DNA of 61,022 nucleotides, the filler included. It is 5 parts of 5 records of this genome, joined end to end, with 100 filler letters (N's around TTAATTAATTAA, not from the genome) between each part and the next. Parts side by side here need not be neighbours in the genome. Positions count along the whole stretch, not along the records: positions 1 to 18,999 come from DRR723986_6199; positions 19,100 to 30,107 come from DRR723986_6205; 3 more parts are not named here. One strand, given 5' to 3'. Both the position numbers and the translations under genes were made by a program. The notes under the pieces were generated by a model that was not told the DNA's origin, did no database searches, and saw nothing but the letters and a program-made list of their open reading frames with translations. Below are positions 9,527 through 19,100 of the stretch, in pieces; within the stretch, counting starts at the first letter, position 1, and every line of letters begins with the position of its first letter.

Positions 9527-12500
9527 CTATGCTGCCGCTCGCTTCGGCTTGTTCGGGTCGATAATCTCACCCTTGTCGTTGACATCTTCAAAGCGAACAG
9601 CAACCTGCTTCGAAACGCCCGACTCCTGCATGGTCACACCGTAAAGTGTGGTCGATGCAGTCATCGTCTTCTTGGAGTGGGTGACGATGATGAACTTCGT
9701 CCAATCCAAGAATTCTGTCAGCACGTTTACGAACCGACCAATGTTGGCTTCGTCAAACGGAGCATCTACTTCGTCCAACACGCAGAATGGACTCGGACGA
9801 TACTGGAAAATAGCCAGCAGCAAAGCGACTGCCGTTAGCGCTTTCTCACCGCCGCTGAGCAGAGAATTCGACAAAGCTGTCTTGCCTGGAGGCGTGGCGA
9901 TAATGTCGATGCCACATTCGAGCACATCCTCGCCTTCCTCCAGAACGATATCCGCTGAACCGCCACCGAATGATTTTCGATAGAGCTTTTGGAAGTTCTT
10001 GCGAATGATCTCGAGCGTTTCCAAGAACATCTTCCTGGAATCCGCGTTGATCTTGTGGATGATCCTCTGCAGTGACTCCTTCGCCGCCACAAGGTCTTCG
10101 TATTGCCCGTTCAGATGGTCGTACCGTTGTTGAAGTTCATCCAGCTCGGCAAGTGCGGACATATTGATTTCGCCCACGGCTGATATATCAAGCCGCAGAC
10201 TTGATGCTTCGCTGGACATCTGTTCCAGCTCGTCTTCATCTTCGATGATCTCCGCTTCACTCAGCGCTTCGAAGCTAATTTCATAGTCTTCGGCATAGCG
10301 TTTCAACAGCGACTGGGTCGATTCATCGGATCGTTCCAATTCAGTTTGACTGGTTTGGAGCGATGCCTGTAGTTTATCCAGGCTCCGCGACACGGAATCC
10401 AAATTCTTCATCGCTTTGGTGCGATTCTTGCGAAGCACCGCAGCCTCGGCGGCCAACACCTCCAGCTTTGCGTCTTCGCTCTCGCTACTGATGTAGTGTT
10501 CGGCCAATCGACTTGTCAGTGAAAGGATCTCGAGTTCAGCTTGCTGGCGTCGCTGGCTGGTTCTTGCCAGTTCTTGTTCGACCTCTTGGACTGCTTGCAA
10601 ACGTTCGCGCTGGGTTGCAAGCACTTGCTTGAGAGCAGCACTGGCTGACTCAAACTTTTCTTCTGTCCTTGCCAATTCGATCTTGGCTCCCGTCTCTGCT
10701 TCAGATGCATCAACAAGCTCCGCGCTGACCTTGCGAACCTTCTCGTCATGCTGCTTCAGGGAAACTTCAACCTCGTCAAGTTCGCTTCGGCTGGAATCAA
10801 CGTCTGCCAGCAAGCCTTGAATCTTGGGTTGAACATCGACGTGCTCTAGATTCGCTTTCTCGAGCTGTTCCAGCAGCTTGGTGCCTCGGCTTTCGATCTC
10901 GTCCAGGCGACCAATCGCGTTCTGCGCCGTCGCCTGCTGATGTGCAAACTCTTGCGACAGCTTGCGAGCGTCCTGACGCATCTGCGCTACAGACGGCCGC
11001 AATCGTTCGGCTCGCTCGACCAATTTTGCAACTTCACCCTGTGTCGCCTGGTACTCAGCCTTGCAATCCTCGATCTCCTGTTTCGCGCTTGCAATCTCAC
11101 TCTTTCGAGACACCAAGCCCGCATTGCTTTGCAGTGCACCAACGGTCAGCGTACCGTCAGAGTCGACCAGTTCACCACGACTGGTAACGAATCGCAGGTT
11201 CGCGCCTCGAAAGTGAGACAACTCCAAAGCCACGTCGAGCGATTCGACCAACCACGTCGTGCCGAGTAGATATGTGAAAAAGTCTTCGAAAGGCGGGTCA
11301 CACTGTATCAATCGATCCGCGCGTCCCAGGACCCCTTCGACGCCGTCAAGCTGAACTTTCTCGCCGTATCGCCGCGTCGGCAGGCGATCCAAACGCATAA
11401 TGCTCAACCGCCCAGGTACATCAATTTGCTCTGAGCGAATCTTCTGGACAAGGGCACCATCGTCGAGAACGAGCGCATTGGCCAAGTGCCCCAGTGCGAT
11501 GTCGATCTGCGGTGCATGCTCTACCTCGACTCGGAGCAAATCGGCGACCAGGCCGCGTATAGAACGATAAGCGGCCTCGCTGCTATTTTGCGCAAGATCT
11601 AGTACATGCCTTGCACCGGAATCAACGCCGTCGAGATGGTTTTCGAGTTGCTGCAGAATCTCGAGCCTTTCGCCGGCTCCTTCCAAACGTCCCTGGAGGA
11701 TCGCAGAACGCTCCTGAGCCTGCTTGAGCTGGGTTTCGTTCGCTTCAAGGTCTGCCTGCGCGGCGGCCAGCTTTGTTTCGTATTCGTCGCTCTCAGCGTG
11801 AATTGCCTTGAGTCGATCTGCTGCCCTTTTCGCGGCCGAGCGTGCTTCTTGCTCATTGGACCGATTGATTTCAAGGCTTTCTTTGAGCGATTCAATCGAT
11901 TGTTCGATGTCGCTCAGCCGTTTTTCTTCCTGTGCCGCCGAAGCCGATTTTTCAGAAATCGTTCGCAATAGCCCGACGTGCTGCGCCCGCAGTTCGTCTT
12001 GTATTTTGCCAGATTCCTTCAGCTCATTTCTCAAGCTAACGGCGCGATCGATGGCTTCGCTAGCCTCCGATGAGGTCTTTTCGAACGCCTCCCGCGCCCT
12101 GCGTTCTTCATCCTCAAATCGGCTTGCCTCTGTCGAGATCAAGCGTGCTCGGGACCGAAGTGTCGCAAGACGGCCTTGCTGTCGAATCGTCTCGTCAACG
12201 GCCTCTTGTGAACGCTGCCAAAGTAGTTTCTGCTGGTTGCGATCAACGGCAATTGCCTGCTGAAATTCTTGCAACCGCGATTCAACATCTTGACACTTCG
12301 CCGCAACTTCGTGCAATTCTAGATCCGCCCTCTGAGCCTCATCCTTGGCCTGAGAGAGCGTATCATCGAATTCATTAATTTCGGTCGTAAGCTGTTCTAC
12401 TCGCTCGGCTGCATCCTCACGCCGTTGCTGAATCGAAGTGTATTCGGTCCAGCCAAGACGCAACCTAAGCTGCTGCAACCGCGAACTCATTTCGCGGAAT

Positions 12501-13144
12501 CGCTCTGCCTTCGATGCCTGGTTCTTCAGGCGGTTCAGACGAGTATGGACTTCGTCGACAATGTCCTTCAGCCGAGTAAGGTTCTGATCGACCCGGCCAA
12601 GCCGCCGCTGTGCTTCTGCCTTCTTGGCATTGAAGCGGCTGATCCCGGCAGCTTCTTCGAAGATGATTCGGCGGTCCTTCGGTGACGCCTGAAGCATGCG
12701 ATCGACTTTACCCTGTTCGATCAGGCTGTACGCGTCGACGCCAACCCCCGTTCCCCGGAACAGGTTTTTGATATCCTTTAGACGGCAGGCCGAACCGTTG
12801 ATCAAGTACTCTCCCTCACCGCTGCGATAGACGCGGCGAGTGACTTGAACCTCTTCTGTCTCAAGCGGTAGGTGTCCACCAGAATTGTCGAAAACTAGCG
12901 TAGCTTCAGCGCTATTGCAGGGTTTTCGGCCCGTTGAACTCGACCCTTTGAAGATCACATCAATCATGTCCTTGCCACGAAGTGCTTTTGCACTCTGCGC
13001 ACCAAGGACCCATTTGATTGCATCGACTACATTCGATTTGCCCGAGCCGTTTGGACCAACCACAACGGTGATGCCGTCGGGAAAATCGAAACGGGTTCGA
13101 TCCGCGAAGCTTTTGAATCCGGCAAGTTCGAGTGCGATTAGCAT
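9527..13144 (-). CDS. smc: Chromosome segregation protein SMC
   Basis: GFKSFAD, Walker A GPNGSGKSN, long coiled coils with hinge, LSGGEK signature, Walker B LDEVDAP; 1205 aa. Confidence 0.97.
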   Translation of the reverse strand: MLIALELAGFKSFADRTRFDFPDGITVVVGPNGSGKSNVVDAIKWVLGAQSAKALRGKDMIDVIFKGSSSTGRKPCNSAEATLVFDNSGGHLPLETEEVQVTRRVYRSGEGEYLINGSACRLKDIKNLFRGTGVGVDAYSLIEQGKVDRMLQASPKDRRIIFEEAAGISRFNAKKAEAQRRLGRVDQNLTRLKDIVDEVHTRLNRLKNQASKAERFREMSSRLQQLRLRLGWTEYTSIQQRREDAAERVEQLTTEINEFDDTLSQAKDEAQRADLELHEVAAKCQDVESRLQEFQQAIAVDRNQQKLLWQRSQEAVDETIRQQGRLATLRSRARLISTEASRFEDEERRAREAFEKTSSEASEAIDRAVSLRNELKESGKIQDELRAQHVGLLRTISEKSASAAQEEKRLSDIEQSIESLKESLEINRSNEQEARSAAKRAADRLKAIHAESDEYETKLAAAQADLEANETQLKQAQERSAILQGRLEGAGERLEILQQLENHLDGVDSGARHVLDLAQNSSEAAYRSIRGLVADLLRVEVEHAPQIDIALGHLANALVLDDGALVQKIRSEQIDVPGRLSIMRLDRLPTRRYGEKVQLDGVEGVLGRADRLIQCDPPFEDFFTYLLGTTWLVESLDVALELSHFRGANLRFVTSRGELVDSDGTLTVGALQSNAGLVSRKSEIASAKQEIEDCKAEYQATQGEVAKLVERAERLRPSVAQMRQDARKLSQEFAHQQATAQNAIGRLDEIESRGTKLLEQLEKANLEHVDVQPKIQGLLADVDSSRSELDEVEVSLKQHDEKVRKVSAELVDASEAETGAKIELARTEEKFESASAALKQVLATQRERLQAVQEVEQELARTSQRRQQAELEILSLTSRLAEHYISSESEDAKLEVLAAEAAVLRKNRTKAMKNLDSVSRSLDKLQASLQTSQTELERSDESTQSLLKRYAEDYEISFEALSEAEIIEDEDELEQMSSEASSLRLDISAVGEINMSALAELDELQQRYDHLNGQYEDLVAAKESLQRIIHKINADSRKMFLETLEIIRKNFQKLYRKSFGGGSADIVLEEGEDVLECGIDIIATPPGKTALSNSLLSGGEKALTAVALLLAIFQYRPSPFCVLDEVDAPFDEANIGRFVNVLTEFLDWTKFIIVTHSKKTMTASTTLYGVTMQESGVSKQVAVRFEDVNDKGEIIDPNKPKRAAA

Positions 13145-13269
13145 ACGACTACAATTGTGATTTCTCTATGACCTTCGATCGGTTTAGTGGAGCGAAGGCA
13201 TGCTGCGGGGACAGTGGTATCTTGAGCGATCTTACTTTGGCGTGAGCCTAACCAATGGCCATGGTGGGG

Positions 13270-15102
13270 CTAGTTTTGGAGCCACGACGATGGTTTAAAA
13301 ATGGAAAATGACTGTGAACTTTCTTCTGAACCGAGATCATCATCGGTCAGCATAAGTTGGTCGTTCGCGTTGATTGCATCCAGGATCTCGCTCGATGCAA
13401 CATCGACCGTTGCAGCCGGCTCGTAGACCCGTCCAGCCACTGGGACCGGATTCATAACGACGGGGACAGTGATTGCGGATTGCCCTGACGCCTCGCGAAC
13501 AAACTTTACGCAGTCGCCATACTGCCCGCCGACTTTGGCGATGGCTTCAAGCACACTTCGCAGGTCTCGTTTGCAACGCGCAATTCGATCTGTTGAATCG
13601 GGGACGAAATGCGATACCGAGTAGAGGCCATCCGGTTCAGGCCGGACAAGCATTCGGGTGTTGATATACATGAATTCCGAGATATGGACCTCTGGATTTT
13701 CGCCGAAGATGACAATCTCAGGAGCCTTGCTGAGACTCACCGCAACAAGGCTAGGCCCCTCGGTTGGAATTTCCAGGAAGCCAATGTTGCTGCCAAGGTC
13801 GTTTGCCGTGACTTGAAAATCGCGTTTATCTCGATGCCGCAGAGCTCGCACGGCACCGTAACGAACCTCAGGTTCGGCAGCATGTAAAAGACTTCGCAGT
13901 GCTGTTTCTGCCGCGAAGTGCTCCATGATGGACAGTGCATTGAGCGCCATGAGTCGGAAGGCTGGTTCAGCAATACAAGCTTGCTTAAGCGCTTCAATCG
14001 CTCGTTTGTCATCCAAGTAGGCCATCGAGTGAGCCGCGAAGAATCGTACGCTCGGATCTGGACTGTTGAGTGCTGATGCAAGCACCGGTAAAGCCGCTTC
14101 GCCGATCGCTTCCAGTTCCAGGCAGGCATCGCGGTTGGCAACCGGATCCAGGACTTGCCGTGCAAGTTGGCTCTGTCGTTGAGCGAGTTCCTCTGGCGTC
14201 TCGTTGAATCCGATACTCACCACAACGTTTGCGAAGTGGAAAGGATCGAGTTCGTAGCGTTTGGGAAGGTCAAGTGAAATGTAGCTGTCGCGAACAGGAG
14301 TACCGGCCCCGACATGGGAGCTGCCATCGAAGACGGTAAATCGACTTTCTACGGCATCAAGTACTTTCTTCACCGTGAACGCATCGGCCAAGTCACTTCG
14401 GATGGCCAGGCCCAGTTCACGTTGTTTGACCAGTTTTGCTCCGCCGATGATTGACCCACGTAGCTTGTCTTCCGGATTTTCGCTTCCTGTGGCCTGAGCA
14501 ATGGTCACGATGGTGCCACGAGCTCGCGCGTTTTCGAAACTGGTCTGCAACCCACCCCCGAGCCGACTGACTTCCAGCAGGGGAGTCTTGAAGACACGTC
14601 CGTTGGCCAAATCTGTCGCGGTCGCCTGTTCAGACAGGTTTACGAAGACGTCGTGTGTGGTGCCCTTTCTGGCTGCCGGCGGCGCTGCGATGCTGATCGA
14701 TACCATTGCGGTCGATCTGTCATCAATGACAGTGTTTGGCTTGTCCGTGCTCTCGTGCACCATCATTGCCAGCAATCGCTCACGGGCAGGGCTGGGTTTC
14801 ACCTTGCCACCTCCGCTGACCAGCCCGGTGACAAGCGCTACGTTTTCGAGCGCTGCCATCGTTAGCTCTTGTTTCGTGGCGACCTGCTTGATTAGCCGTG
14901 GTCGGTGCTCGCTCTTGAGCGCTTCCTTGATTTCGTTGCGTCGAATCTCCTTCTCGCTGGGGACATCCCCCAGAAACCACGGGGAAACGCAGCCGCCCAG
15001 GCATGGAAGTCCGGCAACCGAGAGCGCGATGATCTGTCGTCGCGATATCGATCTACTGGTGCTGGAGGAAGTCTTCCTACTCGCGTTCCTACTTGTAGCC
15101 AT
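13270..15102 (-). CDS. FlgI-like (P-ring family) lipoprotein with HEAT-like repeats
   Basis: SRRQII Tat-like motif and LGGC lipobox; N-terminal ALVTGL..GG and PPAARKG..DVFV..ATDLANG resemble FlgI; central SPDPSVRFFAAHSMA and AEPEVRYGAVRAL HEAT-like repeats. Confidence 0.65.
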   Translation of the reverse strand: MATSRNASRKTSSSTSRSISRRQIIALSVAGLPCLGGCVSPWFLGDVPSEKEIRRNEIKEALKSEHRPRLIKQVATKQELTMAALENVALVTGLVSGGGKVKPSPARERLLAMMVHESTDKPNTVIDDRSTAMVSISIAAPPAARKGTTHDVFVNLSEQATATDLANGRVFKTPLLEVSRLGGGLQTSFENARARGTIVTIAQATGSENPEDKLRGSIIGGAKLVKQRELGLAIRSDLADAFTVKKVLDAVESRFTVFDGSSHVGAGTPVRDSYISLDLPKRYELDPFHFANVVVSIGFNETPEELAQRQSQLARQVLDPVANRDACLELEAIGEAALPVLASALNSPDPSVRFFAAHSMAYLDDKRAIEALKQACIAEPAFRLMALNALSIMEHFAAETALRSLLHAAEPEVRYGAVRALRHRDKRDFQVTANDLGSNIGFLEIPTEGPSLVAVSLSKAPEIVIFGENPEVHISEFMYINTRMLVRPEPDGLYSVSHFVPDSTDRIARCKRDLRSVLEAIAKVGGQYGDCVKFVREASGQSAITVPVVMNPVPVAGRVYEPAATVDVASSEILDAINANDQLMLTDDDLGSEESSQSFSIFKPSSWLQN

Positions 15103-15480
15103 GGCCTAGCATCCTTGCTGGCAAATGATCAATTCTTTTCGATTCCAACGCGACGCCCCGGCCATGTTTGTGTGGTCCAAAGGCGATCGTTCGCCGGGCC
15201 CGAGCAGTTGCACATGCGTGCTACCCGGCCAATTCAGACGGGTTGCCACTCGGTGGAACGTAGTTCTTGGGCGGTATTTGGGTCAAGTGGAAGTTGCGCC
15301 AGCATTTTGGCTCTTTGGCGTGTTCCAGCCAACAGCTCACCAACAAGCACGCGACGACGAGATTTGAAATGTGAAAAGATTTTCATTTTACCGAAGTGCT
15401 GGGATACAAAGCACCTACGTCGATCGAGCTCCGCGAGCAGCCGTTTCCTTAGTTGACTGAGGTGCCAGGAACGATATCTT

Positions 15481-15535
15481 TGGGGCCATGTGGGGAGCAG
15501 TGGTGAACAGTGGGGACCACATCACATAAGTGGTG
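15481..15535 (+). promoter_or_regulatory. MraZ operator: TGG(G/T)G direct repeats on a 10-bp register
   Basis: TGGGG 15481, TGGGG 15491, TGGTG 15501, TGGGG 15511, TGGTG 15531, upstream of mraZ; matches the known TGGGN-N5 MraZ box architecture. Confidence 0.8.
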
Positions 15536-15677
15536 CCACAATCACCGTGTTGCCTGTTGCTTCCACAGCCAGAATCGAAGTTGTTACGGATTTCAGTGGC
15601 ACGAAGCCAGCAATGCCTGCTGTGAGTTATGGTTGTCAAATCAACCGTTACGAGCAGCGAAGTTGGAGCTTTAGTTG

Positions 15678-16130
15678 ATGCTGCTGACCGGGAATTTTCG
15701 CAGAAGTCTTGATGACAAGCTGCGGATTGCAATTCCTAAACAGCTTCGCGATGCGATTGGTTTTCCTGACAAGACCTCGTTGTATGTTGCCCCTGGAACG
15801 GACCAAGCCCTTGTCTTATATACCGCTGATGTCCTCGACGAAATCGGAAAACTGCTGCAGGACAAGAGTCCCGCTGCAAAGCAGACACGAGCATTCAGCC
15901 GTCTGTTCTACGCCCAAGCCCAACCGGCCGAAATCGATCGGCAAGGCCGCCTGCGGCTCCCCCCAGATCTTGCCAATTTAGCCAAGCTAGATGGTGAGGT
16001 TGTGGTCATTGGCGTCAGAGATCGAATCGAAATCTGGGCTGCTGACCGTTGGGATGAGTTCTTGAAGTCCACGCAGCCATCGTATGATGATTTAGCCGAA
16101 GAAGTTTTCGCACCTGGCGAAACGATTTGA
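15678..16130 (+). CDS. mraZ: Transcriptional repressor MraZ
   Basis: Two SpoVT-AbrB repeats: SLDDKLRIAIPKQLR and IDRQGRLRLPPDL; VIGVRDRIEIW. Confidence 0.95.
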   Translation: MLLTGNFRRSLDDKLRIAIPKQLRDAIGFPDKTSLYVAPGTDQALVLYTADVLDEIGKLLQDKSPAAKQTRAFSRLFYAQAQPAEIDRQGRLRLPPDLANLAKLDGEVVVIGVRDRIEIWAADRWDEFLKSTQPSYDDLAEEVFAPGETI

Positions 16131-16139
16131 AAAGAGAGT

Positions 16140-16435
16140 TTTGGAATTTGAAATCAACTGGACGTTAAAGACGAGAGGAAACACACAAGCGGTCGAGATT
16201 TCTCGGCGGTCGGAATGAAATCCACATCAGCCTGCGGCCACGGGCTGGATAGCCACATGTCGAACGACCGTTTGCTTAGACATCCTTTTCTACGCAAACT
16301 GTTCGTCGGATTTCACCGGGCTGCTGCACGGATTGCAGTGGACTTGTGAGTGTGAATGAGTGTTCTTCAGCACGCACTTATTTTGCACTAGCTGGGCCTA
16401 CAGCGGAAACATGGACGTTTCCCAGGCCTTTTTCC
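16140..16435 (+). ncRNA. Candidate structured RNA with GGA-loop hairpins (Csr/Rsm-like), unverified
   Basis: Long non-coding mraZ-rsmH spacer; hairpins with GGA loops at 16156-16166, 16243-16254, 16322-16340 and 16405-16422; the last is nested in a GGCCT/AGGCC stem followed by TTTTT. Confidence 0.3.
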
Positions 16436-16655
16436 TTATCGTTACGCTCATCCGCCCTTAGAAAACAACTGCTCTGGGCGTCTTTACTGCCCGTGCCCCT
16501 TGACTGAGGCATCACCTATGCGGCAAGCTGCTGCGTACCCGCAGGTCCGTTTTCAGAACGTCGGCCTGTTCGGAACCTCTCTAGATTGCAGCCCTTCATG
16601 CTCGTTGAACCTCGGGCTGACTCGCATTCACCCTACGCAGACTGAGTACTACACG

Positions 16656-17585
16656 GTGCCAATCGATCCAACCAGTATCCATATCCCAGTTCTAGCAAAG
16701 GAGATTCTGGAACTTGGTAATGCATCGTCAGTAGCAACCTGGGTCGACGGTACAGCCGGCGGAGGTGGACACTGCCGGCTAGTTGCCGACGCAATGAATG
16801 AGCAAGGGCAGGTTATTGGGATCGACCGAGACCCGTCGGTTGCAGCTCGTTTGACAGCCGCGCTGGCGGACGAACTGAACGAATCGAAAATCAAAGTTGT
16901 ATCCGGTTCGTACGCCGACCTGCCGCGGAAGCTTGATGAACTTGGAATTGCCAAAGTCGACGCTATCCTCTTGGACCTGGGCCTCAGCAGCGATCAACTC
17001 GAAGACGCCGAACGTGGTTTTAGTTTTCAAACCGAAGGCGATTTGGACATGCGATTCAATCCGGAAGAAGGCGAACCGGTTTGGCAGTGGCTCGCCCGCG
17101 CGGACGAGAAATCCATCGCTGACGCAATCTACGAGTACGGTGAGGAACGTCATAGTCGGCGTATCGCAAAACGCATCGTAACGCAGCGTCGAGAAACCCC
17201 TATTCGAACGGCGAATCAACTGCGGGAATTGGTTGCGGGCTGTGTTCCTCGGTCTGCCCCCAAGGGCCGCGACCGTCGAGGCAGGCGACCAAGCCGAATC
17301 GACCCGGCGACGCGTACGTTCCAAGCACTTCGTATTTTGATCAATGATGAACTTGGTGAGTTGAAACGTGCTCTTCAGTTGCTTCCAGACTTGCTTAGCG
17401 ACGGCGGACGGCTGCTCATCATCAGCTTCCACTCTCTCGAAGACCGAATCGTCAAGTACGCGTTCCGCGAGGATGACAGGCTGAAGATCATCACTAAGAA
17501 GCCCATCATTGCGTCTCCTACCGAGCAGCAACGTAATCCCCGAAGCCGTAGTGCCAAACTTCGGGTCGCAGAGAGAGCTTTCTAA
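16656..17585 (+). CDS. rsmH: 16S rRNA C1402 N4-methyltransferase RsmH (MraW)
   Basis: HIPVL, VDGTAGGGGH, LLDLGLSSDQL, RGFSF, LDMRF, PATRTFQALRI, ISFHSLEDRIVK, NPRSRSAKLRVAE; GTG start at 16656. Confidence 0.96.
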   Translation: MPIDPTSIHIPVLAKEILELGNASSVATWVDGTAGGGGHCRLVADAMNEQGQVIGIDRDPSVAARLTAALADELNESKIKVVSGSYADLPRKLDELGIAKVDAILLDLGLSSDQLEDAERGFSFQTEGDLDMRFNPEEGEPVWQWLARADEKSIADAIYEYGEERHSRRIAKRIVTQRRETPIRTANQLRELVAGCVPRSAPKGRDRRGRRPSRIDPATRTFQALRILINDELGELKRALQLLPDLLSDGGRLLIISFHSLEDRIVKYAFREDDRLKIITKKPIIASPTEQQRNPRSRSAKLRVAERAF

Positions 17586-17851
17586 TATTCTGCCCGGGAT
17601 CCGACTTGATCCTGACCAAAGCCATTCCCTAAAAGCAACCCAGCTCTCTACACTTTCGTGCGACGAATTCGAGGTTGTCGGACAGATTTTGGCAGTCGCC
17701 ATACATGCTGACTGTTCAATTTCACGGCACACTCATCGCGTATTTGACCTATGCGAAAGTGTCGAACGATAGTTTTTTTTGATTCCCAAATCCGAATACT
17801 GCCCGTCAAGACTTTGGCGGGGCAGCCATTTGTGACGCTGGAGCAGGTTGA

Positions 17852-18790
17852 ATGAATCGCCTCTATTGTTACTTAACGTTACCTTTGCTAGCACTTGCTT
17901 GCGTTGTTGCTTTTACGGACATCTCCCAAGCTCAAGAGCAGCCTTGGCTCAGCGCACCTCCGGCCCCTGCAGGATTGCCTCAGGTTCCAAGCGGTGCTAT
18001 GCCAACAACAGGTCCGCTCAAAGCACCACCTCCGCCACTTTCGCCGAACGCTCCTAGCGTTTTCGATGAAACAATCCCCGAACCGGTCAGTTCCGCCGGT
18101 GGACCAATTTGGTATATCCCGTGGAGCTGGATTCCGATGGACGGGTGGGAGAACAGCGCCGAGCTAGGAATCAACGGTTCGGATGGTAACGCCGAATCGT
18201 TCAGTTTCCAAACAGGTGCACGCTTCAAAAGGAAGAGTGACTTTACGCTGTTCGACCTGAGAATAACACACAACCGCACCAACGCGAATGGAATCGAAAC
18301 GCAAAACAATGCGTTGATGTTCGCCGACTGGGAGCGGTTCATTCAGGATTCGAAATGGACGCTGTTCGTTAAGAATGGTCTTGAGTACGACGAGTTCAAG
18401 GCGTTCGACTTGCGTTACAACATTAACTCTGGTCTTGGATACAACTTCATCAACACCGACGACCTAACACTGAAGGGACGATTCGGTGCTGGTGCCTCCC
18501 GAGAATTCGGTGGCCCCAACAATGCTTGGAGTCCTGAAGCCCTCTTCGGTGGCGACTACGAACATCAAGTCACACCGCGACATAAATTCATTGCGAAAAT
18601 TGACTACTTCCCAGAGTGGAGCAACTTTAGCAACTTCCGTTTGATCAGTGACGTCGCTTGGGAGTATTTATTGGACGAAGAGGGCAACCTCTCGCTTAAG
18701 ATGGGAGCCAACGACCGCTATGACAGTACTCCCAACGGCTTGAAAGCCAACGACATCAACTACAACGCGTTGCTTCTCTACAAATTCTAA
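17852..18790 (+). CDS. DUF481-like outer-membrane beta-barrel protein
   Basis: Signal peptide, Pro-rich linker, WENSAELGINGSDGN, YDEFKAFDLR, C-terminal LLYKF. Confidence 0.8.
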   Translation: MNRLYCYLTLPLLALACVVAFTDISQAQEQPWLSAPPAPAGLPQVPSGAMPTTGPLKAPPPPLSPNAPSVFDETIPEPVSSAGGPIWYIPWSWIPMDGWENSAELGINGSDGNAESFSFQTGARFKRKSDFTLFDLRITHNRTNANGIETQNNALMFADWERFIQDSKWTLFVKNGLEYDEFKAFDLRYNINSGLGYNFINTDDLTLKGRFGAGASREFGGPNNAWSPEALFGGDYEHQVTPRHKFIAKIDYFPEWSNFSNFRLISDVAWEYLLDEEGNLSLKMGANDRYDSTPNGLKANDINYNALLLYKF

Positions 18791-18999
18791 CCATCGCACC
18801 GCCACTTCGTAGTGCAGGCAGCCTGCCTGCACACACTTCGATGTAGCATTGTGCCAACACTGCGACGTCCTCGTTCCCATTAGTTATGTAGAGTCCAACG
18901 AGTGGGAGGCCTGCTTCCCGTTCATCACCGAGGTCAAAAGATCGGATTCTGCGAAGAATTGAAAACGCTGAGACGCTGAGAACGCAGAGTTCTTGCTCC

Positions 19000-19099
19000 N
19001 NNNNNNNNNNNNNNNNNNNNNNNNNNNNNNNNNNNNNNNNNNNTTAATTAATTAANNNNNNNNNNNNNNNNNNNNNNNNNNNNNNNNNNNNNNNNNNNN
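19000..19099. other. Artificial contig linker
   Basis: N44 + TTAATTAATTAA (stops in all six frames) + N44; gene content and codon style change across it. Confidence 0.99.
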
Positions 19100-19100
19100 C

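Noticed and set aside
9527-13144. SMC as part of a Wadjet/MksBEF-type defence system
   Set aside because: Canonical housekeeping SMC motifs with a hinge, and no jetA/B/D or mks neighbours
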